DNA of 64,000 nucleotides, from contig CAYHHA010000002.1 of NCBI GenBank assembly GCA_964356315.1, positions 3,824 through 67,823 on the forward strand, written 5' to 3'. The notes under the pieces were generated by a model. That model made no database searches. It saw only the letters and a list, made by a program, of their open reading frames with translations, and was not told the origin of the DNA. The stretch is from an uncultured Gammaproteobacteria bacterium (GTDB taxonomy: Bacteria; Patescibacteriota; Microgenomatia; UBA10105; UBA927). The number at the start of each line of letters is the position of its first letter. Position 1 is the first letter of the stretch. Below are positions 19,415 to 29,762 of the stretch, piece after piece. A program made the position numbers and the translations under genes.

Positions 19415-19960
19415 ATGGAGTTAGCAATTCGTTATCTTCGGGCTACTGATACAGCGCAAGCTTCCATTATAGATGCGACGTGGTTTGGGGATCATGGAAT
19501 CTCTAAATCAGCATTGGATGAATTCATCTCACGTTATCCTGATCATGCTATTGCAGTAGTTAATGAGGATGTCGTATACGGATTTGCCACGTTCGAAGTG
19601 GTTGAGTCAGGATCATTACCATCCTCGTACATCTCCCAAGGAATGCCGGTTGTGGGTAGAGTATTATTTATCCAACAATTTACAACAACTCAAAACTATA
19701 GCGGCGACATGAGCATAGATATCATGTTACTGGAAGCTATAGAGGTAATGGCAAGAAAAATCAATTGTTCCGTTATTGCTGAGGCGCTGGACAGCAATCA
19801 TGCATACAAAAAAGAAAATAACCCTGATCATGATGCATTCGGATTTTACGAATCAAGAGGCTATGAAAAGGATCTAGTTCATACGTGGGAGTGGGCAAGT
19901 GAGGGATTTCCACCAATTCGATGCACACTGTTTTATAAGAATATTGAAACACGCATTTAG
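19415..19960 (+). CDS. GNAT-fold hypothetical protein
   Basis: IRYLRATD start, VVYGFA, AFGFYESRGY motif. Confidence 0.6.
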   Translation: MELAIRYLRATDTAQASIIDATWFGDHGISKSALDEFISRYPDHAIAVVNEDVVYGFATFEVVESGSLPSSYISQGMPVVGRVLFIQQFTTTQNYSGDMSIDIMLLEAIEVMARKINCSVIAEALDSNHAYKKENNPDHDAFGFYESRGYEKDLVHTWEWASEGFPPIRCTLFYKNIETRI

Positions 19961-20006
19961 ATTTTTTTGTTGCAATCCTAAGATTTGTAATCTACAATAC
20001 AAATAT

Positions 20007-20363
20007 ATGTTAAACCTTAATTCAATGATGATCGGGACATCTAAATCCCAAGAGTTAGCCGCCTTTTATGAAAAAGTGTTCGGCCGAAAAGCGGATATGG
20101 TAGAAGGTAATTGGTACGGGTGGAAAATTGGAAATGCATTTTTTTCCATCGGTGAGCATTCTGAGGTACACGGAAATTCAAAAGACGCAAATCGTATTAT
20201 AGTTAACTTCGAAACAAAAGAGATAAAGGATGAATTTGATAGAATAAAGGCCTTAGGTGCCGTAGTCGTGAAGGATCCATACGAGATGGGCGGTGGTATG
20301 ATGATCGCAACATTTGCTGATCCAGATGGTAATTATTTTCAACTTATGACGCCTTGGGAATAA
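20007..20363 (+). CDS. VOC/glyoxalase family protein
   Basis: LAAFYEKVFG, GAVVVKDP, ATFADPDGNYFQL. Confidence 0.85.
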   Translation: MLNLNSMMIGTSKSQELAAFYEKVFGRKADMVEGNWYGWKIGNAFFSIGEHSEVHGNSKDANRIIVNFETKEIKDEFDRIKALGAVVVKDPYEMGGGMMIATFADPDGNYFQLMTPWE

Positions 20364-20384
20364 TAAGAGTATAGTATATATACT

Positions 20385-20945
20385 ATGAAGGGACAAGGAG
20401 CATTAGTCATTGTTCTTGCGATAGCAGCATTGGGTGCGTCATTTGCTGCGGGGTATTTTTATCTGAAGTCACAACAAAAAACCTCGATGAAATCATCCGA
20501 ATCGATTGTTGACGTGATAGATACGCCCACTGATAAAGAAGACACTGCGACAGTTACTCCAGTGCAAAAACAATCTGAGAGTGCTATTCCAGCAGCAAAG
20601 AGAGCTCCTCACAGTGCGGTCGTTGTGTTTGAGCCGCCACTTGGCGGAGAATTTAGTGATAAAACTGACATTCAATTGAAAATTGTTAATCCGTTGCTAG
20701 ACTATTATGCGGATGAATACGGAGAAGGGTATCTAGTCAGTCTTGCAATTTCTCAAAATACTCAGGTAAGTAAGGCACAGTATCCCTACTTAGCAACGGC
20801 GATCTTCAAAAACGGGGGGAACTCTGGGTTTGTTATCGGGAAAACAAATGGAGCAATTCAATTTTGGGTACCGGATTGCATGAAATGTACATTTTCGGCA
20901 TCGTTTAAAGCCTCTTATCCAGATATTGTGAAAAATTTCGAGTAG
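20385..20945 (+). CDS. membrane-anchored hypothetical protein
   Basis: MKGQGALVIVL hydrophobic N-terminus, low-complexity linker, CxxC near the C-terminus. Confidence 0.7.
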   Translation: MKGQGALVIVLAIAALGASFAAGYFYLKSQQKTSMKSSESIVDVIDTPTDKEDTATVTPVQKQSESAIPAAKRAPHSAVVVFEPPLGGEFSDKTDIQLKIVNPLLDYYADEYGEGYLVSLAISQNTQVSKAQYPYLATAIFKNGGNSGFVIGKTNGAIQFWVPDCMKCTFSASFKASYPDIVKNFE

Positions 20946-20975
20946 CCACAAGGGGACAAATAATCCTATAGTCTA

Positions 20976-21005
20976 TTGACATGCAAATATGTATTGTGGT
21001 ATACT
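20976..21005 (+). promoter_or_regulatory. sigma70 promoter of the DEAD-box helicase gene
   Basis: TTGACA, 18 nt, TATACT with upstream TG (extended -10). Confidence 0.8.
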
Positions 21006-21177
21006 CTCATTTAGATAGCAGATTGACCTAGTACATCTGCTTAGGGATTTAAAAAGTTCATTGAATTTGTTAAAGATAAAGGTACCCCAAGTTTTACAAT
21101 ATTATTGTATCTTTTCTTCTAATTCACTCGTTCATATTTCACTTAGGCAGGCGTATTGGGTTAATTTATAATTTTAT

Positions 21178-22362
21178 ATGTTTCAACAATCTCGAAGACC
21201 ACAGTCAAATAATAGACCCAGAGGAAATAGTTTCCGAGGAGGAGGGGTGAGTCATCGTATTCCAAAAACCATCGATCCACGGTTATTTGTGAAAAAAGCA
21301 ACTATTCAAAATGAAGTGGTGTACGTGCCTCAGCATCAATTCTCTGATTTCGCATTTTCTGAAGGATTAAAAAAAGCAATTAGCGCAAGGGGATATGTAA
21401 CTCCAACACCAATTCAAGATCGTGCAATTCCAGCGCTTCTTGAGGGAAGAGACGTCGTTGGATTAGCCTCAACGGGAACAGGAAAAACAGCTGCGTTCTT
21501 GCTTCCAATTATTCATCATCTATTATCTGATCCGACCAATAGAGCTCTCATAATCGCTCCCACACGAGAATTAGCAGTGCAAATTCAAGATGAATTTTAT
21601 GAATTCGCTCAGGGAATGCGATTACTCGCTACACTTTGTATAGGTGGTATGAATATGTTTCATCAGATTCAGCAAATTCGAAGAATTCCACATGTAATTA
21701 TCGGAACTCCAGGGAGACTGAAAGACTTAGATCAGCAACGGGTCTTAAATTTTGCTGGGTTTAAGACTATTGTGTTGGATGAAGTAGACCGAATGCTTGA
21801 TATGGGATTTATAAATGATGTCACATATATTACATCAAAATTGCCGAAAGTACGCCAATCATTGTTTTTCTCAGCAACGATGCCAGACGCAGCGCGAGGA
21901 ATCATGCAACAGTTTTTGACGGATCCTGAGATTATTTCTATTGCAAAAAGTTCTCCTTCTGCAAATGTTGAACAGGATATTATAAAACTTAATGGTCGAT
22001 CAAAAATTGATGTCCTTGATGAACTGCTTCGCACGGAAGGATTTGATAAAGTTTTAGTGTTTGGTAGGACAAAATATGGCATGGATAAGCTTCAACGAGC
22101 GCTTCAAGTAAAGGGTGTATCCGTTGCTGCTATTCATGGAAATAAACGTCAGACTCAGCGTCAACGCGCGATAGATGATTTTAAGCAGAACCGAATACAA
22201 GTATTGCTAGCTACTGATATTGCATCTCGAGGTTTGGATATTGATCAGGTTACTCATGTAATAAACTTTGATCAACCCGAATCTTATGAAGACTATATTC
22301 ACCGTATTGGAAGAACTGGTCGAGCGAATAACACTGGATTTGCTCTTACCTTTGTAGACTAA
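21178..22362 (+). CDS. DEAD-box RNA helicase
   Basis: PTPIQ, ASTGTGKT, PTRELA, TPGR, DEVD, SAT, SRGLD, HRIGRTGR. Confidence 0.95.
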   Translation: MFQQSRRPQSNNRPRGNSFRGGGVSHRIPKTIDPRLFVKKATIQNEVVYVPQHQFSDFAFSEGLKKAISARGYVTPTPIQDRAIPALLEGRDVVGLASTGTGKTAAFLLPIIHHLLSDPTNRALIIAPTRELAVQIQDEFYEFAQGMRLLATLCIGGMNMFHQIQQIRRIPHVIIGTPGRLKDLDQQRVLNFAGFKTIVLDEVDRMLDMGFINDVTYITSKLPKVRQSLFFSATMPDAARGIMQQFLTDPEIISIAKSSPSANVEQDIIKLNGRSKIDVLDELLRTEGFDKVLVFGRTKYGMDKLQRALQVKGVSVAAIHGNKRQTQRQRAIDDFKQNRIQVLLATDIASRGLDIDQVTHVINFDQPESYEDYIHRIGRTGRANNTGFALTFVD

Positions 22363-22383
22363 TCTGCATACTTCTTAAGCCTT

Positions 22384-23193
22384 CTACTCTTCTTTTTGAG
22401 AATCACGTGAGAATTTCTTCCGATGTATTCTTTTGGATTTATTGTGCAAAGCTATCATAGCTATTAGCGCCCATGAAGTACTGACCACAAGAATTTGTAT
22501 TGTAAATATTTTTGACACCGACACCGTGATAGTTCCTAAAGGAGTCGGTGTTGGAGTAGGAATTTTTGTCACATATACTATTTCTATAATTGGTGTTGGA
22601 GAATCTTCAGGCGTTATCAAAATAGGTTCTATCGTGGGAATCGGAGTCACAGAAGTAGATGGTGTAGGTGTATTGGAAACAATCGGAGAGGGCGTTGGGC
22701 TTGGTTCTGGACAACTATTATTGGTATTCGGAGTTCCTGATGTGCATATCACCCAAACACCTGTGCCGTCAGCTGATCTGCCGATTGCTGTATTATATCC
22801 TAGTATTCCCAGAAAAGATTGTGAATCGACTTCATTATTGCTTGGGTCTATAAGTCGAATCGTATCACCCTCATTTCTCAGAGAAATCCCTGTTTGCGAT
22901 TTAAAAAAAACTAGAAAACCTTTTGGCTGTATGATAGAGCTAGCATTTATTACAAAAGATTTTTTTTCACCTTCTGAATTTTCTAATTTCCATAAATTTA
23001 AAGACACGCTTTCTGAGCTTGTATTGAATAATTCAATCCATTCAGATTGTTCATCTGAGGGTTTTGGATATATCTCATTAATCACTACTGCTGCTTGAAC
23101 ATGCCGGTGAATAAAAGGAAGATGTGGTGAAGCAAAAAAACAAAGAAGAATGAGTACATGAAAATATATTTTATGCAGATAGATTTTTTTCAT
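22384..23193 (-). CDS. lamin tail domain surface protein with Pro/Thr linker and C-terminal TM anchor
   Basis: signal peptide, VVINEIYP..EWIELFN, GTPN, PTP repeats, TM plus basic tail. Confidence 0.8.
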   Translation of the reverse strand: MKKIYLHKIYFHVLILLCFFASPHLPFIHRHVQAAVVINEIYPKPSDEQSEWIELFNTSSESVSLNLWKLENSEGEKKSFVINASSIIQPKGFLVFFKSQTGISLRNEGDTIRLIDPSNNEVDSQSFLGILGYNTAIGRSADGTGVWVICTSGTPNTNNSCPEPSPTPSPIVSNTPTPSTSVTPIPTIEPILITPEDSPTPIIEIVYVTKIPTPTPTPLGTITVSVSKIFTIQILVVSTSWALIAMIALHNKSKRIHRKKFSRDSQKEE

Positions 23194-23249
23194 GTCTCGT
23201 TATTATATGATGATTTCATATAAAATACGAATGATGTACTATTGATAGT

Positions 23250-23720
23250 ATGAAGAAAAAATATCTACTGCTCATATTTTCCCTCACAATATGCTATATA
23301 GCAGCATTTATAGGTTCTGTGTTTACTACACCGTCGATATTTACGTGGTATGCTAGCTTGCAAAAGCCCTTTTTTAACCCTCCAAATTGGATATTTGGTC
23401 CAGTTTGGTCGATCTTATACACAGCAATGGGTTATGCTCTTTATTTAGTGCTCATAAAAACTACCAAAAAGGATAAGCAGTATGCAATTAAATCTTTTGC
23501 GCTGCAGTTGATTCTAAATACGCTTTGGTCAATAGTTTTTTTCGGGTTACATTTTCCTGGAATCGCTTTGATAGTTATCATATTATTGTGGGGTGCTATT
23601 TTCCTTACAATTCGACAATTTTATCCTCTATCAAAAATAGCTTCTTACCTTCTGATACCTTATCTTTTCTGGGTAAGTTTTGCCATTTTATTAAACCTCG
23701 GCATCCTGATGTTAAATTGA
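23250..23720 (+). CDS. tspO: TspO/MBR tryptophan-rich sensory protein
   Basis: WYASLQKPFFNPPNWIFGPVW, LNTLWSIVFFG, LLIPYLFWVSFA. Confidence 0.93.
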   Translation: MKKKYLLLIFSLTICYIAAFIGSVFTTPSIFTWYASLQKPFFNPPNWIFGPVWSILYTAMGYALYLVLIKTTKKDKQYAIKSFALQLILNTLWSIVFFGLHFPGIALIVIILLWGAIFLTIRQFYPLSKIASYLLIPYLFWVSFAILLNLGILMLN

Positions 23721-23770
23721 TCAATGAGGTCGTTCTTTACATGTGATGTATCTGATAGTACACTAGGAAT

Positions 23771-24445
23771 ATGGACGATATAGCACAACACCCAAGTGGC
23801 CCCGAGCCTTCCGTAGGTGATACCTCAGCAACTGTTAGGTTAGTTCCTGTGACGGAGACCTATGTTGTTCCTGTGCCTTGGTATAAGCGGATGTTTGGCC
23901 CAGTGACTCGTACAGAAACTGTATGGAAACTAACGTTTTTATCCATTATGATTGTCGGAGTGATAGTGGGTCAATCAATGCTTCAAACTCCAACAAATAC
24001 TGTAACTCAGGCGGCTGTAGGTGCTGTAAGAGTATCATTATTTCCTCAGACAACTGAGATTCCTCCTGACAGACCGTTTCAACTATGGATGACTGCTGAT
24101 AAACCTATAAAAAAAGCAAAAATAGTATTATCGTTTGACCCTGCAGTATTGCAATTAAGTCGCGATATAACATTGATAGAGAAAATAGGTTATATCCTCT
24201 CAGTTTCGCAAATGGCCCAAGCAAATGCTACAGGTATGATCGAGATTTCTATTCTTCCCAAACCTGGAGCGTTGACCCTTTCTCCGGGAACAATTCAAAT
24301 TGGCTCCTTATTTCTCACAGCAAAACCTAAGAATATTGTAGCTTCTACAACGATCTCAATCGATGAAGTGAGCACGGTCATAGAGAATCAAGATTCTGTA
24401 CCGTTCTCTCTATCAACCACGAATGTCGTCGTCGCTCTAAAATAG
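23771..24445 (+). CDS. membrane-anchored cohesin-like domain protein
   Basis: single TM, then beta-rich domain with IVLSFDPAVLQL. Confidence 0.55.
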   Translation: MDDIAQHPSGPEPSVGDTSATVRLVPVTETYVVPVPWYKRMFGPVTRTETVWKLTFLSIMIVGVIVGQSMLQTPTNTVTQAAVGAVRVSLFPQTTEIPPDRPFQLWMTADKPIKKAKIVLSFDPAVLQLSRDITLIEKIGYILSVSQMAQANATGMIEISILPKPGALTLSPGTIQIGSLFLTAKPKNIVASTTISIDEVSTVIENQDSVPFSLSTTNVVVALK

Positions 24446-24577
24446 TCAGAACGTTGGGAAAAGCCTTTTCCATTTATAGGTTTAATATATTCTTTTAAAT
24501 AACTCCTTGTAGAGAATAAATTTCGCTTCAGATATACTTATAATTCTTTCAACGAGTTGTCTGTTGTATTCATTTCT

Positions 24578-25165
24578 ATGGCTTTAGATACGAAATATTG
24601 CTCTGAAGAAGTTACGTATCCATTAGTTGCTCATGCGGCGATAATTTCTGTGTCTAGGCCTGATTCCTCTGTTATTCTTTTCCCGAATCGAAAAGTTCAT
24701 AGCTTAGTCGAAGATATATCGCGCGACATTAAGGAGCTCGAGAACATGCTTTCTAAAGACGGAGAGTCATATTCTGTTTTGGATTCTTGTGTCGTATTAC
24801 CACTTCATTTTTCACGTCTCGTTGCATTAAAAAAAGAATATTGGGCGAACCCAAATGAAGCGTTTTCTGATTCTAATCGTTCAAACCCATTTTTAAAAGC
24901 AACATACGCTCCAACGATATTTAACATGCTCGTGACTCCTATAAAAGAGGGGGATGTCTGGAGGTACCTAGCGGCGCTTCCTATCTCTGTTGGTTCTTCC
25001 GATGTTGTAATCGAGCAGTTCATGCTTCATAGCGATTGGCCTGTAGCTGAAACTGCAAAACATTGTGCTCTCTATTCCATTGATCAGCCATTTCTCTATA
25101 ATTGGGTACGTCGAGAGCACACACCGCTTCTTAAAATGAATGGCGTATTAGGAAAAATCCACTAG
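24578..25165 (+). CDS. hypothetical protein
   Basis: uninterrupted ORF filling the intergenic gap; no motif recognised. Confidence 0.5.
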   Translation: MALDTKYCSEEVTYPLVAHAAIISVSRPDSSVILFPNRKVHSLVEDISRDIKELENMLSKDGESYSVLDSCVVLPLHFSRLVALKKEYWANPNEAFSDSNRSNPFLKATYAPTIFNMLVTPIKEGDVWRYLAALPISVGSSDVVIEQFMLHSDWPVAETAKHCALYSIDQPFLYNWVRREHTPLLKMNGVLGKIH

Positions 25166-25217
25166 GTTCATGTACACTAGAGACGGCTACTAATGAGGCT
25201 TTAGGTATCGATAAGTT

Positions 25218-26111
25218 ATGGAGAATAAAAAAAAGGGAATCTTATACCTTCTGATAGCTGTGCTTTTATATAGCATCATGCCTGTACTTATCAGATTTCT
25301 TGGAAAAGGAAATATCCCACCAATGTCTCAAGTATTTTTGCGTTATTGTGTGGCTTTTTTATGTTCGATTATTTACATAATGAGCACTCGATCAACGCTA
25401 TATGTTAGTAAAAAAGATTATGCCTTGTTATTTTTTGTTGCCTTGTTTGGATATGCACTGGTAAATTTATTTTATACATACGCCAATTTAAACACGCAAA
25501 TAGGAACCGTATTATTTATCTTTAACTGCTCTACAGTCATCGGACCGTTTCTCGGATATGTTTTTTTGAAAGAGCGATTAACAAAATCAACGATTTTTGC
25601 AATGATTATTGGATTTATATCCTTATTTTTTTTGTTTTCCCCTGGTTCTATGGCAACCTGGAAAATGGGTGCTATATATGCGTTGCTTGCCGCAATTGGG
25701 TCATCGGTGTATATGATTGGCAGGAAAAAACTTGGTGCCTATGATTCAATCATTCTTCTCTTTGCCAATACCCTAGTTGGAGTGGTAACTCTCGGAATAT
25801 TAGCACTCTTGTTTGAATCATCATTTTATTTTGGGAGAGGAATTTTTAATGTTGCTCCGGTAACCTGGTTGGTTACGATACTATTTGGCATAGATAATTT
25901 TGCTGCATATTTGTTTATGACCAAAGGATTTCAGATTGTATCAGCTGGAACGGGAAGTATGGTTCTACTACTTGAGAATTTTACTGGACTTCTTTTTGCT
26001 TATATATTTTTTCAAGAAATACCAGCTTACTCATCATTATTTGGGGGAGCAATAATTCTATTTGCCTCGTATTTAGTTATTCGTTCTCAGTTGTTCTTAA
26101 AGAATAGGTAA
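25218..26111 (+). CDS. DMT/EamA family transporter
   Basis: about 10 hydrophobic helices in two repeats, FLKERL and IFFQEIP. Confidence 0.88.
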   Translation: MENKKKGILYLLIAVLLYSIMPVLIRFLGKGNIPPMSQVFLRYCVAFLCSIIYIMSTRSTLYVSKKDYALLFFVALFGYALVNLFYTYANLNTQIGTVLFIFNCSTVIGPFLGYVFLKERLTKSTIFAMIIGFISLFFLFSPGSMATWKMGAIYALLAAIGSSVYMIGRKKLGAYDSIILLFANTLVGVVTLGILALLFESSFYFGRGIFNVAPVTWLVTILFGIDNFAAYLFMTKGFQIVSAGTGSMVLLLENFTGLLFAYIFFQEIPAYSSLFGGAIILFASYLVIRSQLFLKNR

Positions 26112-26114
26112 TAC

Positions 26115-27926
26115 TTATCCTATCAAATCAAAAGATTGAAGCTTCTCTTTTGTATTTGCACTTGTTGTTTTTAGTAGTTGATGCTGTAGACCTACAAGCT
26201 GAGCATATAATCCCTTTTTATCTTTAAGAAGTTCTGTATGCGTTCCATATTGTCCCACAGATCCGCCAGAAATAACCAACAGATGGTCTGCTGATGCAAT
26301 TGTCGAGAGTCTGTGTGCGATAATTATTGCCGTTCGTCCTTTAAGCAATTCATTAAGTCCTTTTTGTACCTCTACTTCACTTTTGGAATCCAAAGAGCTT
26401 GTTGCCTCATCTAATATGATAATCGGAGCATTTTTTATCATCGCTCTTGCGATGGCTATGCGTTGTTTTTGTCCTCCAGAGAGTTTCACGCCTCGCTCTC
26501 CAATCATGCTGTTGTACCCGTCTGAGAGCATTTGAATAAACTCATGAGCATTAGCTGCGCGTGCCGCTTGAACTATCTCTTCATCAGTTGCTCCAGGTTT
26601 ACCATATCGGATATTTTCCATAATGGTTCCAGAAAACAAGAGGGACTCTTGAAATACAACAGCTATATGTTCGTGAAGAGAGCGTTGAGTGATGGAGTTA
26701 ACTGGTGTTGATCCAATTAAAATAGTTCCTTTTTGCGGTTCGTAATATCGAAGTAATAAATTTACTATAGTTGATTTCCCTTGACCAGACTCTCCTACAA
26801 GTGCAAATTTTTCACCTCGTAATATAGAAAATGAGATATTTGACAATACTTTCTTCCCTTCATCATATTCAAACGAAACCGAATTAAATGTGATAAATGG
26901 CTTGTTAGGCCTAATTTCACTTGTATTTAGTGAAATAGCGTTATGCAGATCTTTAATTTTATTCGTTGTTTCCAGGACCTTAAAATAATCGGCGGATCCC
27001 GCGCTTGCTTGTTGTATTTGTCCTAGAATGAATGACATAGCAAATAAGGGAAAACGTGCTTGTTGCACAAGTTGCAATAAAAATGTCATTTCACCAAGAG
27101 TGTATTTCCCATGGAATGTGAAATAGACTATATAGCTAAAAATACCAAATAGTATTATATTTAGCGCAAATCGCCTGGCGAAATCGTATGCATGCCATTG
27201 TTTAGTTTGTTTTTTCGCAAGACTCTCCACTTTTTTTCGTGAAGTCACGAACGCAAGGAGTTCAGCTGTTTCCGCAGCGAAAGACTTGACCACTCGTATT
27301 CCAGTCATGCTTTCAAATACTCTTCCCTGACTAGTATCTATTATGGTGTTTTTTTCATTTTCTATTCCCATCCATGCCTTGCTGGAATTGTGTGATATTA
27401 CGATGTAGAGTGGGAATAATGCGGCGAGAAGTAGCGCAATAATTGGGGAGTAAAAAGATAGCAATACAATAGTAACAACCGCAGTCAAAAAAAATGGCAA
27501 AAAATTATTTAGCATGCTTTGAATAAAATCTGTGATTGAAGCAATGCCACGATACATTTTATTTGCTATTTTTCCAGTGATTTCATTGTCAAAATAGCCA
27601 ATATGAAGAGAGAGTATATGTTCAAAAAACTTTCTAGAAAGAAATGTTTGTAGCTTCACGGCAAGGAGATCTCCGATCCATTGTCCAAACGCAGTTAGAG
27701 CAGTAATTGTAATATCTGTTGTGATAATTACCGCGAGTATAACGAGGACATAGTTTGTATCTATGGATTTTCCTGCGAGTTTTGCGACAATTGCATCAAC
27801 GATGAGTTTAGTTAAAAAAGGAGTGACCAGTGAAAATAATGAGACGAGTATAACAAAAACACCCATGAATATATACCATTTCGAGTATTGTTTGGTAAAG
27901 CGAATTATGCGAAAGATTGGTTGCAT
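26115..27926 (-). CDS. ABC exporter, fused permease/ATPase
   Basis: 6-TM domain, GESGQGKST, LSGGQKQR, ILDEATSSLD, IAHRLST. Confidence 0.94.
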   Translation of the reverse strand: MQPIFRIIRFTKQYSKWYIFMGVFVILVSLFSLVTPFLTKLIVDAIVAKLAGKSIDTNYVLVILAVIITTDITITALTAFGQWIGDLLAVKLQTFLSRKFFEHILSLHIGYFDNEITGKIANKMYRGIASITDFIQSMLNNFLPFFLTAVVTIVLLSFYSPIIALLLAALFPLYIVISHNSSKAWMGIENEKNTIIDTSQGRVFESMTGIRVVKSFAAETAELLAFVTSRKKVESLAKKQTKQWHAYDFARRFALNIILFGIFSYIVYFTFHGKYTLGEMTFLLQLVQQARFPLFAMSFILGQIQQASAGSADYFKVLETTNKIKDLHNAISLNTSEIRPNKPFITFNSVSFEYDEGKKVLSNISFSILRGEKFALVGESGQGKSTIVNLLLRYYEPQKGTILIGSTPVNSITQRSLHEHIAVVFQESLLFSGTIMENIRYGKPGATDEEIVQAARAANAHEFIQMLSDGYNSMIGERGVKLSGGQKQRIAIARAMIKNAPIIILDEATSSLDSKSEVEVQKGLNELLKGRTAIIIAHRLSTIASADHLLVISGGSVGQYGTHTELLKDKKGLYAQLVGLQHQLLKTTSANTKEKLQSFDLIG

Positions 27927-27976
27927 AGGTTTCTATTATGACACGAATGTGAGATAGGATACAAGAAATTGATTCT

Positions 27977-28366
27977 TCAGATTTTCGAGCTTTTTTTCAG
28001 AACGGCGATATGCTTTTCCAAAGCTTCTAGCGTTTCATTGCTTACACTGTGTTCTAATCCTTCGATATCCCTTTCAATAATCTTGCTGGGGAGATGCAGT
28101 AATGCTAAAAATTCAGATAATATTATGTGTCTTTTTTTTATTTTATGCCCCACAGCTATCCCTTTAGGTGTAAGGGTAAACCCTCGATAATGTTCCCGTA
28201 TTACATATCCTGCTGTTTCAAGTTTTTTTAACATCATTGTTACCGAGGCTGGTTTCACTGTTAACCGCTCTGCGATATCAGTGACGCGGGCATATCCCTT
28301 TTCATCTAGAAGTTCTGATATTCTTTCGAGATAGTCTTCATTTGGAGTGGTGAGTTTTTGTAACAT
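27977..28366 (-). CDS. mntR: DtxR/MntR family metal-dependent repressor
   Basis: EDYLERI, HTH RVTDIAERL, RH..LSEFL, EGLEH; downstream of mntH. Confidence 0.88.
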   Translation of the reverse strand: MLQKLTTPNEDYLERISELLDEKGYARVTDIAERLTVKPASVTMMLKKLETAGYVIREHYRGFTLTPKGIAVGHKIKKRHIILSEFLALLHLPSKIIERDIEGLEHSVSNETLEALEKHIAVLKKSSKI

Positions 28367-28376
28367 AGAGTCGTAA

Positions 28377-29672
28377 TTATATACCTGATAGGATAGATGT
28401 GATAAGCCAGAGATTTAGGGTCGTAATTATACCGGCTATGCTCCAGCTAAGTATTCTAATCATAAAGGAGTTGACATGGTTACCCATATATTTCTTTTCT
28501 CCTGTAAAATATACAAGCGGGATAACAGCAAAGGGTAATTGCATGCTTAAGACAACCTGACTAAACACTAATAATTGGGCGAGTCCGTGCGTTCCATAGA
28601 GCCAAATTATTACTATGGCCGGAATAATTGCCAAGAGGCGTGTGATAAGACGTCGTTGCCAAGGTTTAATTCGAATATCCACAAATCCCTCCATCACCAC
28701 TTGACCCGCCAGCGTCCCAGTGATGGTTGAATTGTGCCCAGACGCAAGTAGAGCAAGCGCAAATAGTGTGCTCGCAGCCCCAGCCCCTAGAAGCGGGGAG
28801 AGTAGTTGGTATGCGTCCTGTATCTCAGCGACCTCATGCATTCCTCTCGTAAAAAATGTTGCTGAAGATACAATTAATATTGAAGCATTGACGAGCGTTG
28901 CGAGTGTTAGTGCAATATTTGAATCTATAGTTGCATACTTGATCGCCTCTTTTTTATGCATATGCGTGTCTCCGAAGTCGCGACTCTGAACTAAAGCAGA
29001 ATGTAAATATAAATTGTGTGGCATGACAGTAGCGCCTAGTATGCCTATGGCGATATACAGCATTTCCTTGTTGGTAAATAATTCTACTGATGGAACAAAT
29101 CCAAGTAAAATCCCACTGACTGATGGATGTGAAAGAAATATTTCAATGCCAAAACTTACTACAATGAGCGTGATGAGAGAGATAACAAAAGCCTCAAGGT
29201 ATCGAAGCCCCTTATTCTGCAGTAACAGCAAAAGTAATGTATCAAACGCAGTGATAATGACCCCAAGTAGCACTGGAATATGAAATAATAGATTCAGAGC
29301 AATTGCGGATCCTATGACTTCTGCAAGGTCACAGGCTGTAATTGCAATTTCTGCAAGTATCCATAATATTTTTCGAACTGTTGGAGGAAAGTGATCATGA
29401 CAAGCTTGAGCGAGATCTCTTCCCGTTACGATACCAAGCTTTAGAGATAAGTGTTGCAGGAGCATAGCCATAAGCCCTGATATAAGAATCACGCTCAAAA
29501 GCGCGTATCCGAACTTCGATCCTCCTGCGAGATCAGTTGCCCAATTGCCAGGGTCCATATATCCCACTGCAACCAAATATCCTGGGCCGGCAAATGCGAG
29601 GAGTTTTTTCCATTTGGAGACTCCCTGAAGTATTGGAATGCTTCGATGTACTTCTTCTAGACTATGTCTCAT
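28377..29672 (-). CDS. mntH: Nramp divalent metal transporter
   Basis: YMDPGNW, DLAEVIG, MPHNLYLHS, GTLAGQVVMEGF. Confidence 0.96.
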   Translation of the reverse strand: MRHSLEEVHRSIPILQGVSKWKKLLAFAGPGYLVAVGYMDPGNWATDLAGGSKFGYALLSVILISGLMAMLLQHLSLKLGIVTGRDLAQACHDHFPPTVRKILWILAEIAITACDLAEVIGSAIALNLLFHIPVLLGVIITAFDTLLLLLLQNKGLRYLEAFVISLITLIVVSFGIEIFLSHPSVSGILLGFVPSVELFTNKEMLYIAIGILGATVMPHNLYLHSALVQSRDFGDTHMHKKEAIKYATIDSNIALTLATLVNASILIVSSATFFTRGMHEVAEIQDAYQLLSPLLGAGAASTLFALALLASGHNSTITGTLAGQVVMEGFVDIRIKPWQRRLITRLLAIIPAIVIIWLYGTHGLAQLLVFSQVVLSMQLPFAVIPLVYFTGEKKYMGNHVNSFMIRILSWSIAGIITTLNLWLITSILSGI

Positions 29673-29696
29673 GTATGAATTATACCATATCTAATA

Positions 29697-29716
29697 ATTT
29701 TAGATTGCACTAAAAT
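29697..29716. promoter_or_regulatory. putative MntR/DtxR-family operator
   Basis: ATTTTAG-N6-CTAAAAT palindrome over the -35 region of the mntH promoter (-10 TATAAT on minus strand, 29679-29684). Confidence 0.7.
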
Positions 29717-29762
29717 ATTACTAACTATATTTCGAATTTGAATATAGTATGATGTTCGTATT

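Noticed and set aside
22433-23098. 221-aa Gly/Val-rich plus-strand ORF
   Set aside because: Antisense shadow of the Pro/Thr repeats of the lamin-tail gene.
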